A DNA stretch of 60,021 bases, filler included. It is 9 parts of 9 records of this genome, joined end to end, with 100 filler letters (N's around TTAATTAATTAA, not from the genome) between each part and the next. Parts side by side here need not be neighbours in the genome. Positions count along the whole stretch, not along the records: positions 45,196 to 54,277 come from DRR723986_131302; positions 54,378 to 60,021 come from DRR723986_133016; 7 more parts are not named here. One strand, given 5' to 3'. Below the pieces are notes generated by a model that saw only the letters and a program-made list of their open reading frames with translations, ran no database searches and was not told where the DNA came from. A program made the position numbers and the translations under genes. Below are positions 50,301-59,390 of this stretch, one piece after another (within the stretch, counting starts at the first letter, position 1; each line of letters starts with the position of its first letter).

Positions 50301-51856
50301 TTATGAAAAAGATCAATAGCTCCAATACTAAAGCATCCGGTTGTGGTACTCTCAAACCTTACATAGACCCTTTGTGAGTTTATTGTACTATTGCTAAAGC
50401 TTGTTGTATTTGCAATTGGGTTTATATTGGCTGTAGCGTCTGCTAGGGTCTCAAAAAATAGAATGGTAATATCTGATACATCTGTAATAAAATCGCTAAC
50501 AGCACCATTTAAATTAAATTCAGAAATTCCAGTATCATCAGTAGCACACGCATTAAGTAAGGTGGTGGATTGTAGTAATATTGGAGGGTCAGTGAGTGTT
50601 ACACTAAAATTATCTGTGGTGCTACAACCGTTAAGTGTATTTGTTATTCTTACATAAATTAATTCTTCTACTATGGCGGTAGTATAATCAAAGTCAGAAA
50701 TTGGAGATTCGCCACTTACGGCATCAGCTTCACTAGTATGGAAACTTACCTCCAGATTGCTTTGCGAACTTATTATTTCTAACAAAGAGGTATTGAGGTT
50801 CCAATCACCATTAGTACATTCTGTTATATTAGAAGGAGAGGTGTAGGCGATATTAGCGTTGAGCAAAACTTCAACAGAATCTTCAATAATACAATCTAAA
50901 ACTGACGCTTTTAGGGTGTAAATACCAGATTGTACCGCTGTAAAGTTAGGCGCATTTGCTCCTGCAATAAGTGCGTCATTAAAAAACCACTGGTAAGTGG
51001 CTAATGTATTACCTGTAGCGCCATTAAGTATAATGCTATCGTCACAAACATTTAAATCATCGCCTAGATCAATAAAAGACGTTGGAGTTAAGGCCTCTAT
51101 AAAAAGCGCAGAATCTAATTCAGCATCATTAACATCTGCCACTATAAATTTTATAGTATAATTAGTGTTGGCAATCACATCGGTTTTGGCTTGTAGAACT
51201 TTTGTACGACCATTAAAATTTGTGCTCCCCATATTATAACCATCAAAATACTCAGGATATGAAGCCTCACAAAATCCTACAATTTCGTTGTGGATAGTAT
51301 TAGTGTTAGCGTTTATGTCGGTGTTAGGTACTACGGCAATATTGGTAAATGGATCTGTAGAGCCAGTAGGTTTAATTAAAATAGCATAGGCATCTGAGAA
51401 TGAGCAGGGGTTCTCTAAGTAATACTCTTCTGAGGCTATGATGTAATTAAATAGTATTTCGTCACTTTGTGCTGTAAATTCAAAGGTGATTTCTGTGGCA
51501 TTGTAAGTGTTCTCTATACCCAGAACGGCTTCTACTGTAGGGCTTCCTGTCCATGTTGTATCGCCCGAATTTAATAGGTTGCTCGTGGTAACATATTCAA
51601 CATTACCGCTAGTGATGACCATACCTTGATTAAAAGGGAAATTTGTATTCGTATTTTCAAAATACCCATAGCTATTAATATTGTTTAAAGAACCATCTTT
51701 ATTAGAAACAACGTTGTTGGCTACATTACAATTATTAAAAAATGTAGTGTTTATAAGCTCAGATGGGTTTGCACTTGGGGTAATTGTAATTTGCTGCGCA
51801 TAGCAGTTAATGCACAAAAAGAGGCTATAACCTAGAATAGTAAAATAATATTTCAT
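47342..51856 (-). CDS. Large T9SS type B sorting domain protein (choice-of-anchor L-like N-terminus, tandem Ig-like repeats)
   Basis: FNYIIASEEY, FNGRT, DSALFI; repeated CDxDxDG..F.L...SF[YF]...DA units; CTD PKFFTPNNDG.ND...IFDRFGK...WDG...DYWY...GHFAL.R. Confidence 0.92.
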   Translation of the reverse strand: MKYYFTILGYSLFLCINCYAQQITITPSANPSELINTTFFNNCNVANNVVSNKDGSLNNINSYGYFENTNTNFPFNQGMVITSGNVEYVTTSNLLNSGDTTWTGSPTVEAVLGIENTYNATEITFEFTAQSDEILFNYIIASEEYYLENPCSFSDAYAILIKPTGSTDPFTNIAVVPNTDINANTNTIHNEIVGFCEASYPEYFDGYNMGSTNFNGRTKVLQAKTDVIANTNYTIKFIVADVNDAELDSALFIEALTPTSFIDLGDDLNVCDDSIILNGATGNTLATYQWFFNDALIAGANAPNFTAVQSGIYTLKASVLDCIIEDSVEVLLNANIAYTSPSNITECTNGDWNLNTSLLEIISSQSNLEVSFHTSEADAVSGESPISDFDYTTAIVEELIYVRITNTLNGCSTTDNFSVTLTDPPILLQSTTLLNACATDDTGISEFNLNGAVSDFITDVSDITILFFETLADATANINPIANTTSFSNSTINSQRVYVRFESTTTGCFSIGAIDLFHNYVKTNLNNEPYSVCDTDNDGTETYELDAVTGFLFSNVTIPTSISYYVTEIDRDNETNVLDPTITQIISTAELILYASINAENCTTPIFAEVEMNLEPITEFSSIGTIAICSENPSTFTSLDLTQTFTNLVVNGTPGFSVRYYLTEEDATVNSNSLPNIFTNINNPQLLYTRITNTNTRCYSVNQFSYNVLPAPQTNTIEDTIICDDDLDGSYNVNLITETQNLLASLMDSTISFYATENNATSGSNAITNPSNFITESTTIYIRVTNTDTNCFTIVPHSIYINTEPQLQPISPYIYCEDNSDGIGDFILANKDIDITGDIEGLNVLYFETTEDALNSTNIIDKNNNYQNIDNPQTISVRVEHLNDPNCYTIAEFELIVSSNPTYNEPSDMFLCDDITNDGFETFDLSEKAVEMSLGIADNLNFSFYGSYNDALTNTNTLPNNFTNTSNPQEIFARVDNGGLCQPITSFLIEVYLVADINQIQSLEVCDNDYDGLNTFDLTTTEDLIFNIRTLNIEVSYFETETDLTDNTNSITALENYNNLSNPQTIYVKVQNTISGCFFSFPLDLVVNPPPVINDFIKYEICESEAQNIDLSPINTLVTENTFNKSYTYYLNLDDAIAQNNDITEPYNPATAADNLYVRVSNVNTDCYVIYPFVLVVNPNPIVQSTPNIEICDTNNDGIETILLETQNDLLLQDEDPSLFSVSYYTTLENAQNAYDRIPLIYNSYHDELIYARIENNATGCYTIANFNVILQPYPVLNLPPVIALCDNNGPLFINAQQATDNNTYLWSTGATTSVININETGNYWVTITSETGCTSEHYFEVISSSSATITSISISNFSPLNTISVTVEGNGDYIYTLDNGNLQDSSTFSNIAAGPHTLQVIDINGCDTLSIEVFVFNVPKFFTPNNDGNNDFWQIKGANQLGYLELNIFDRFGKIIAMLNKDSRGWDGTLNGINLPSTDYWYNGSVVINGQIISLKGHFALIR

Positions 51857-52223
51857 GTGCAAAATTTACTAGCGTACAATACGTGCTATTTAGATTGGGC
51901 CTAAAATTAGATTAAATTTTTTATTTTACTAAAAAATCCATATAACTTGCTTATAATTTCTTTTAATAGCATTCTAAAGGGTAATATGGCTCTATTTTTT
52001 TGTTAACAGACAACATTAAGAAAGTACAGGTTTGGTGAAAAGCTTTTGTTGATGCAGCAAAGCAATCACACAATAGATTACAAAACTAAATGCGGTTAAT
52101 GTAAAAACCGGTATTTGTTGAGTTTATAATAAATGCTTGTAGGTTAGACACTTAGTATCTATTAAGAAGAAGCAAAGCTCTAGTTCTTTGTGCTGTGTAA
52201 TTGATTTTGATCTAGAAGATTGT

Positions 52224-52811
52224 TTACAGTCTAAAGACCATTTGTAAAACATATTGAAAGTGGTTATTAGCATAGTTATCGCCTTTGTCGCTGTGGTTTA
52301 AAGCAAATTTACCAATAACTGCACCTTTAAGGCCAATAGATTTATTTGTTGTAAGCCATAACTTAAAGCCTCCACCAAAATTTCCAGATATGTTGCCGTT
52401 ATCTAAATGAAAATACCCTAAACCAGCTCTGGCATAAAAGTCTAGCCATTCGGTATTCGGAAAAATGTATTCCCCAAAATCGTAATTAATAGAAGTATCT
52501 AGAGCATAATAGGTAAGGCTATTTGTTGTTGTACCTGCGGCATCAAGAGCTGCTCCTTCTTTATACCCATTAAGGCTTGCCATTATTTCAATAGAAAATA
52601 AGCGCGACCATTGCGTTTCAGCAGAAATAGATATAGGATTTCTCAATGCCCAATCCTCCATATTTTCTACAGGAGATTTGGTGCCTTGAGAATTTACAGC
52701 GTTAATCCCTATACTCAACAACCATTCCCCATCTTTAATAGAGCGATTAGATTGTGCACAAATTACACTTGTCATTACTAATAGTAGCAGGAGTATCGCA
52801 TGGTTTTTCAT
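52224..52811 (-). CDS. Outer-membrane beta-barrel protein (OmpA-type barrel only)
   Basis: Signal peptide; amphipathic strands; ends FQYVLQMVFRL. Confidence 0.7.
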   Translation of the reverse strand: MKNHAILLLLLVMTSVICAQSNRSIKDGEWLLSIGINAVNSQGTKSPVENMEDWALRNPISISAETQWSRLFSIEIMASLNGYKEGAALDAAGTTTNSLTYYALDTSINYDFGEYIFPNTEWLDFYARAGLGYFHLDNGNISGNFGGGFKLWLTTNKSIGLKGAVIGKFALNHSDKGDNYANNHFQYVLQMVFRL

Positions 52812-52888
52812 AATACATCAATATAATTAGGTTTGTGTTGCCTAAAAATACTAATTTTGTTTAGTAAACTGTATAAATTTTACCTTGC

Positions 52889-54046
52889 ATGTCTTATAAT
52901 AGAAACAAAATAGCCTCTAACAGACGGAATATCATACTTATTCTGTTTTTTATTTCATTTCAAATCGTAAAAAGCCAAGAGTACTCTGCACTATCGTTTT
53001 CTGCTGGAACTAATATAATTGATAATAGTAATGGTATTGATGCCCCTTGGGATGCTGATAGATTTGAGTTTAAAAAACCTGTTTTCGCCGAAATAGAATA
53101 TAGATCTAATAACTGGTCTATTTCATTGATGGCTACGAGTAATCAATTTAAATTGCAACGATTAAATGAGGCGGGTGATGGTTTTGTAAATAACTATTAT
53201 GACTTTTTTGCTTTAGATATCACCAATAAATTTTATCTAGATCAATATATTTTAGACAATGAAGCAATTGATCTTTATGCGGGTATTGGTTTAGGGGCTC
53301 ATAAAGTAGCAGAAGGCAAGGCCATAACTGCAAATTTGAGTTTAGGCGCTAACTATTGGGTAACAGACCAATTTGGTATTGTTTTCCAGGCGTTTGCTAA
53401 AAAAGGTTTTGATGATGAGGTTTTGTATGTTGGCAATTATTACCAGTATAATTTAGGATTAAGTTACCGTATAGCCTCTAAAAAGAAGAAAGCGAACTTG
53501 GAGAAAGAAAAAGAGCCAATTGAGGAAAAGCCTTTAGATAAAGCTAAAAAAGAAGTGCTTAATGTGCCAACAATAGTAAATGGGGTTGTAGTAGAAAAAG
53601 GAGGGCCAGAAGATGCTATTAAACAAGACCAATCAAAAAAAGAAGACGAGGTGGTCAAAGAAAAACCACTAGCGGATGTTTTGGCTGAGAAATTAGAAGC
53701 AATTGGCTCTGTATACTTTGATCGTAATTCATCATACTATGACGGTATCGGTAAAGCAAAACTTAGCGATATCTATAATTTATTAAAATCTAACCCTTCG
53801 CTAAACCTAAGAATTGATAGTTATACGGATTCAAAAGGTACTGAAACGTATAACGAGTTTTTATCAGATAGACGTTTAAATCGTGTGAGAGATTATTTTA
53901 TTAGTTTGGGTATAAATCCCTCTCGTTTACAAGGTGTTTCAAATGGTGTTGATATTAATAGCCCATGTATAGTAGAAAATAGACCGTGCACCGAGCAAGA
54001 GTATGCGCAACAGCGTAGAGTAGCGTTTACGATAAAAAGCCAGTAA
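52889..54046 (+). CDS. OmpA family protein
   Basis: Barrel, K/E-rich linker, OmpA_C motifs VYFDRNSS, YTDSKG..YN..LS.RR, RRVAF. Confidence 0.9.
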   Translation: MSYNRNKIASNRRNIILILFFISFQIVKSQEYSALSFSAGTNIIDNSNGIDAPWDADRFEFKKPVFAEIEYRSNNWSISLMATSNQFKLQRLNEAGDGFVNNYYDFFALDITNKFYLDQYILDNEAIDLYAGIGLGAHKVAEGKAITANLSLGANYWVTDQFGIVFQAFAKKGFDDEVLYVGNYYQYNLGLSYRIASKKKKANLEKEKEPIEEKPLDKAKKEVLNVPTIVNGVVVEKGGPEDAIKQDQSKKEDEVVKEKPLADVLAEKLEAIGSVYFDRNSSYYDGIGKAKLSDIYNLLKSNPSLNLRIDSYTDSKGTETYNEFLSDRRLNRVRDYFISLGINPSRLQGVSNGVDINSPCIVENRPCTEQEYAQQRRVAFTIKSQ

Positions 54047-54103
54047 GATAGAGTTTATAACATTCTTAGAGTTACCTCCAGGTCTAGGTGCACGCCGCAG
54101 TAG

Positions 54104-54204
54104 GTTGTAACGAGTCGTCACATCGAGTGATTTTTTTACTGCGGAAGCTAGGAAAAAAATTGTATCGAGATGTCGCTACAACTTTACTGCATAAAGCCAC
54201 TCGA
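54104..54204. repeat. Long imperfect palindrome (REP/MITE-like)
   Basis: GTTGTAACGA/TCGCTACAAC, ACATC/GATGT, T7/A7 nested arms; TCGAGTG (54123) can also pair with CACTCGA (54198). Confidence 0.45.
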
Positions 54205-54277
54205 CAAAGGTCTATTTTTAAAAGACGCTGACCTCGTAATTAAAAGGTGCTGAACTTTTGTTTAGAAGTTGCTGAAC

Positions 54278-54377
54278 NNNNNNNNNNNNNNNNNNNNNNN
54301 NNNNNNNNNNNNNNNNNNNNNTTAATTAATTAANNNNNNNNNNNNNNNNNNNNNNNNNNNNNNNNNNNNNNNNNNNN
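54278..54377. other. Artificial contig linker
   Basis: N44-TTAATTAATTAA-N44. Confidence 0.99.
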
Positions 54378-54698
54378 TCGATCCATTAAAGGTCCAGATA
54401 TTTTATTCAGATAACGCTTAACTACCATTTCATTGTCTGAATTAGGGTCGTTGGGGTCATAAAAATTCCCTGAAGGTGATGGGTTCATAGAAGCAACGAG
54501 CATGAACCCTGCAGGATAATCGACTGACATTTTTGCACGTGAAATGGAGACTACACGATCTTCTAAAGGTTGACGCATGACTTCTAAAACTTGGCGCTTG
54601 TATTCTGGTAATTCATCTAAGAATAAGATGCCATTGTGAGCCAAAGATATTTCCCCAGGTTTAGGGTGTGATCCTCCCCCAACTAATGCAACATCAGT
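54378..54698 (-). pseudogene. comM: Internal/3' part of ComM (YifB, Mg-chelatase-like AAA+), 5' half missing
   Basis: [31 protein letters not shown]...RQPLE...ASMNP...ISGPLMDR; upstream frame is non-homologous, has no ATG and meets TGA at 54774-54776. Confidence 0.9.
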
Positions 54699-54834
54699 AA
54701 CATTATGTACAAAGGGGGTAAATAAAAGAGATGCTGTTATATTGAATAGACGAGAAATAATAGAGAGGTTATCTCATTAAAGTTTAGTATGTAAAATATA
54801 TCCCAGAATATCAATTTTACACTATTAGGTGTGC

Positions 54835-55800
54835 TTAATTACCTTCCAAAAGAGTGATTTCATCTCCAGTATTAGAGTCCATAAGAACAATCGAAGACGT
54901 TAAATAAACAGTTGACTTATTTAAGAGTACTTTTTCTAACTTAGACCAAACTATGTTGTCTTTCTGTTTATCTAAGCTTCCTGAAACATATATTTTTGAA
55001 TTACATGAGGGTTTTACAATCTCAATATTTGTGAAGTAAATATCACTTTTGTAGATGCCATCTATCTGGCTCCAAATTATATGACTGCCATTTTCCGGTA
55101 TTATGGTTCCAGAATGAAGTTCATCCGACTCATATTCATATGATGAAATTTCTTTTTTATTTTCTACATCAAACACTCTTAATTTAGAATATCTGTGAGT
55201 GGCAATTAGACTATCGTTGAGCCAAGCAGAGCTATATGAAACGGGACAATCAATAGTATCAAGTGCATCCCCAATTTCATTGTATATTATTGAGCTAGAA
55301 CTTAGATTTGAATTAAAAGCTATAAATTTGTCACCAGCTTTATTCCAGAGTGGATAAAAGTTTCCAGATGAGTTGACAAGGTTGGTCAGGCTGTCTCCAT
55401 CACTTTTTATTTTCCAAATTTTACCTTCATTGGAAAATATGATCCAATCTTTTAAACTCCATTTCGGATGAGAGTTTAATGTCCCAGTGTAAATTGTCTC
55501 TTCGTTTTCGGTATCAATATTTACCTTATTTAAGACATTAGTACCATCTCCTAGTCTCTTATAAAGCAAAATTTCATTGCTATAGAATGGACTGAATGTG
55601 GGAACACTATATGCTATATCTGTTGTTGTGTCATTTATATAACTGTAACCAAATCCTGCAACATTATTATCATAGAAAGATGGAATTTCCTCACAATCAA
55701 AATTTATTGATGGATCTTTTCTACACGAAAAAAAGAAGAGCACAGAAAAGAAGATAATCTTAAACTTCAAATATTCTAGATGATCAAAACCAAAGCTCAT
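54835..55800 (-). CDS. TolB-like beta-propeller lipoprotein
   Basis: Lipobox FFSC; PTFSP, PKWS, KIKSDGDSL, PLWN blade motifs. Confidence 0.7.
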   Translation of the reverse strand: MSFGFDHLEYLKFKIIFFSVLFFFSCRKDPSINFDCEEIPSFYDNNVAGFGYSYINDTTTDIAYSVPTFSPFYSNEILLYKRLGDGTNVLNKVNIDTENEETIYTGTLNSHPKWSLKDWIIFSNEGKIWKIKSDGDSLTNLVNSSGNFYPLWNKAGDKFIAFNSNLSSSSIIYNEIGDALDTIDCPVSYSSAWLNDSLIATHRYSKLRVFDVENKKEISSYEYESDELHSGTIIPENGSHIIWSQIDGIYKSDIYFTNIEIVKPSCNSKIYVSGSLDKQKDNIVWSKLEKVLLNKSTVYLTSSIVLMDSNTGDEITLLEGN

Positions 55801-55805
55801 TTCAT

Positions 55806-58800
55806 TTAATCCTTAATAAATTTCTTTGTGATTATACCATCACCATTTTCTAAAGCTATCAAATATGTTCCACTTGAGAGACTATTTATATCAATTTTTT
55901 GGTTATCAATTAAGCCTTCAAAAGTCAAGCTCCTAATTTTTCTTCCCATGAGATCATAAATTGTTATAATCCCGTCGGGATTTAGCTCGTTCAGAACTTT
56001 GATATTTATAAAGTCATTGGTAGGATTTGGGTAAACGACAAAATCATCGGAATGAATCTCATCGATCTTTGTGAGAGAAGTATTCTCAACGTGCAATGAG
56101 AAACCATAATCTACATCAAAAGGATGAATTGCTAAGTATTGGTTTATAGACTGTCCAGTTGAAAGACTATTTATTACATACCAAGTGTAAGTGGTAATTG
56201 AAACTGTTGCTGTATTTGAACCTAATGTTACACTTGGGGTAATTTGCATCCAGGGAACCCCGTTCACAGGGTTGGAGGCACTTACCCCTCTATAGGTCAT
56301 TGATTCCAACGTCCACCAATCCAATATTTCATGAGTTGAAGGTAATGTAACGGTGTAAGTTTGATTTATTTCATATCTAGCTGCAGTATAGGTGCCAGCG
56401 GCTATTCCGTTCACGTTATTTGAAAGTGTAATTGTTTGGCTTGGCAAATAAGTTACAGTTGAAGACGTGGGTGTACCTGAGTGTTTAACATAATATTTTG
56501 GGAATTCAACTTCAACTAATGCGGCGTGAGCGTCTAAAAGGCCCCAACCTGTTTCGTCATCATATCCACTAGTGTTCTTATCCACAGCCCCAAGTTGGAT
56601 AAAATGTTCTATATCTTCAGTGGCTAAATTATTAGGAGCTCCATTTGAGACATTATGAATACTATACATTAGCCCGGCTGTTCCAGCTACATGCGGTCCT
56701 GCAGAAGAAGACCCAGTGAAACAACTATAATCAGAAGAAGATATCGAACAATCTGGTCCCCATCCAAAATCTACAGAATTTGCAATTGGAGCAGAAACTA
56801 TTTCAGTCACACCCGGAGCAATGATATCCATTTCACCTCCGAAACTTGTTGACCATAACGGTAGTCCTATGTTACCAAACCAATTGTCTCCGTTTGTGAT
56901 GTCCTTGGCTTCTCCGTCGAAACCGCTCGCTCCAACACTGATTACGGACTCATCTGAAACGCACGCTGGAAAAAGAAGTTCATCATCACCTTCATTTCCC
57001 CTTGAGGCAACAATAATGCAGTGGTTTCTCCATGCAGTAAGGACTCCATTGGTTAGAGTAATATTATCTGTTGTTCCCCAACTATGATTTTGAATGTTTA
57101 GACCATATCCAAAGCCTGTTGCAGGATTGTTAGCAGCCCCTTCAACTATTGCCTCACTAGCTACTGTCATGGGAATAAAGTCCTCTCCTACCATTTGAGA
57201 TATTCCGGTTATTCCAAATGAAAATAGTTGAACACCGGTATTCCCTGTTCCGTCAACATCACCTCCAGCAATTCCGGCAATTCCTTTGTTGTTATTCCTT
57301 AAAGCACCTATAATTCCCGCACAGGCAGTACCGTGGCTGTTAGCATTACCATTGCTGTTTGCTGCACTAACATTATTAAAGAAATCCCAACCACCTTCAA
57401 TTTTTGAACCTGGAAAACTACCATCTCCAAAATCTTCATGTGTAAAGTCCACTGGAAAGTCGTATATACCTATTTTCGTATTGTTCTGACCTACTTCAAT
57501 ATCCCAAGCGGGGTCAACATTGATGTTAGCACTTCCGTAGCTTGAGTTACTTACTAAGCCTCCAGATTCATTGATTATATAGGTGTCGTTTGGAATGTTG
57601 TGTAAACTTCCAAGCCAGTTTTTTTCGGAATATCTGACATCAGGATACATTGTATTTAAACTATCAATTATTAATTCCAAACTATCGTTTGGATTAAATA
57701 CAATATTAAGTATCGCCCAGTGCTCTTTCATAGGAATTGTATCTCCAAGTCTCGTTATTGAGAGAGAGTCAGCTGAGGTCATTTTTCTAAAAATTTTATA
57801 TGTTTTTAGACGTGCACAATCAAAACCTAGTTTGTCTGTGATATCTGAAACCAATGCAGAATCAATAAAATCTTCCAAATCTCCGAATTCATGTTCCGAG
57901 TTATCAATTTTGTTTAAATTTATCTTAGTAGGCGCAAATTCTACGATTAACTCATTACCTAAAAAATAATTTGAATTAGTATCTTGGATAGCAGCTAAAA
58001 ATTTACTTGAAAAATCGAACTTAATTGCTGTTATCCTTCTAGATACGGATGAATTAGATAGTCCAGAAATGTATAGAGAAGAATTATATAAGTTCATATC
58101 ATAAGTTTCGTAATTAACGGAATCTGTTTCTATTTCCCTATATAGAGTTCGAACTCCAGAAGAATCATACCTTATAAGTCCTATTAGACTCTCGTTATTT
58201 CTGTAAATTGTGCTTGATAAATATATATTATCGTCTCCGTCAATTATAAGTTTGCTCGACTCAATTTCTTCTACGAATTCTATGTTTCCGTTTTCTCTTA
58301 TCCATTTTAAAGCGCCATCATGAGAATATTTCATGAGAATTGAATTTGATTGAGTAGCACTTATTTCTTTATTACCTGAAACGAAAATATTACCTGAGGC
58401 GTCAATTGAAATATCAGTACTAACATCGTTGTTTCCGCTATCGTAATCTAATGACCAAACCAATGACAGTGTCGAATCTAATTTGATTGTTTGAATGTCT
58501 TTGTCATTAACCGTTTTATAACCCGTAACATAAATGTTTTTATCCGAATCCATGCATGCTGCTGTTACCTCGGCAAAACTTGCATTGTAAGAGGTGCTTT
58601 CTTGTCCTAAAATGGCTCCGTTAGTTTTATTAAGCTGCAATGAAGTCATATTCCAGTTGGTGGGTGACGTTGCACAAACTCCTGTGACGTATACCTCTCC
58701 ATCATACAGTATTGTGGCACCAATGTCTGTTAAGTTAGTGTCGGCATAAGTTTTTTCCCAAATCAAGGAACCTCCATATTCGAGTTTTATTATGGAGAAA

Positions 58801-59327
58801 TCCATATAGCCATAGGAGTCTTCCGTAGAACCACAGATATAAGGATTATCATTTTCATCTAAAACAATAGCTGATGGAATATCCATACCTCCTTCTGGTC
58901 CATCGTAAGTGTAGGTCCAAATCTGGTTGCCGTTCGCGATATTATACTTAACAATAAAGAAATCATAGTCCGAGCCGGTGTTTTGTGTTGCTCCAAGTAC
59001 GTACAAATAATCACCGTTGCTGTCTTTAATTAGATCTATGCCGTAATCATCAGATCCGCTAGTTCCATTATGAGTTTTCGACCATACGGTGTCACCTTCA
59101 CTATCATATCTAATGGTTATCATATCCGAATAACCTCCAGACCCCAATGTATTCGAGGTGATTATCAAGTTTTCGGTATGAATGATACTCGCTGAATGAT
59201 TAATCGCATCTCCAGCGATAGGTGTATTGTTAATCCAATCTAAATTAGAATAAGTCAGTTGAGCTTGAGAAATGTTTGTTATTCCACATGTTATAGCAAT
59301 TAGGGTGATCAATAAGTTCGTTTTCAT
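55806..59327 (-). CDS. S8 (subtilisin-like) serine peptidase with N-terminal beta-propeller repeats and T9SS CTD
   Basis: Triad IGIYD, SHGTACAG, GSSSAGPHVAG; SBBP-like D..GN.YV.G repeats; CTD VYPNP...YDLMGR...GTY...KKFIK. Confidence 0.9.
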   Translation of the reverse strand: MKTNLLITLIAITCGITNISQAQLTYSNLDWINNTPIAGDAINHSASIIHTENLIITSNTLGSGGYSDMITIRYDSEGDTVWSKTHNGTSGSDDYGIDLIKDSNGDYLYVLGATQNTGSDYDFFIVKYNIANGNQIWTYTYDGPEGGMDIPSAIVLDENDNPYICGSTEDSYGYMDFSIIKLEYGGSLIWEKTYADTNLTDIGATILYDGEVYVTGVCATSPTNWNMTSLQLNKTNGAILGQESTSYNASFAEVTAACMDSDKNIYVTGYKTVNDKDIQTIKLDSTLSLVWSLDYDSGNNDVSTDISIDASGNIFVSGNKEISATQSNSILMKYSHDGALKWIRENGNIEFVEEIESSKLIIDGDDNIYLSSTIYRNNESLIGLIRYDSSGVRTLYREIETDSVNYETYDMNLYNSSLYISGLSNSSVSRRITAIKFDFSSKFLAAIQDTNSNYFLGNELIVEFAPTKINLNKIDNSEHEFGDLEDFIDSALVSDITDKLGFDCARLKTYKIFRKMTSADSLSITRLGDTIPMKEHWAILNIVFNPNDSLELIIDSLNTMYPDVRYSEKNWLGSLHNIPNDTYIINESGGLVSNSSYGSANINVDPAWDIEVGQNNTKIGIYDFPVDFTHEDFGDGSFPGSKIEGGWDFFNNVSAANSNGNANSHGTACAGIIGALRNNNKGIAGIAGGDVDGTGNTGVQLFSFGITGISQMVGEDFIPMTVASEAIVEGAANNPATGFGYGLNIQNHSWGTTDNITLTNGVLTAWRNHCIIVASRGNEGDDELLFPACVSDESVISVGASGFDGEAKDITNGDNWFGNIGLPLWSTSFGGEMDIIAPGVTEIVSAPIANSVDFGWGPDCSISSSDYSCFTGSSSAGPHVAGTAGLMYSIHNVSNGAPNNLATEDIEHFIQLGAVDKNTSGYDDETGWGLLDAHAALVEVEFPKYYVKHSGTPTSSTVTYLPSQTITLSNNVNGIAAGTYTAARYEINQTYTVTLPSTHEILDWWTLESMTYRGVSASNPVNGVPWMQITPSVTLGSNTATVSITTYTWYVINSLSTGQSINQYLAIHPFDVDYGFSLHVENTSLTKIDEIHSDDFVVYPNPTNDFINIKVLNELNPDGIITIYDLMGRKIRSLTFEGLIDNQKIDINSLSSGTYLIALENGDGIITKKFIKD

Positions 59328-59382
59328 ATTTTTGGTTATTTTATGGCTTGTATGTATTAAGGTAGAAACCCGTTTATTTGAA

Positions 59383-59390
59383 CAAATGTA
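59383..59390 (-). promoter_or_regulatory. Bacteroidota -7 promoter element for the S8 peptidase
   Basis: TACATTTG on the minus strand about 55 nt upstream of ATG 59327. Confidence 0.45.
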
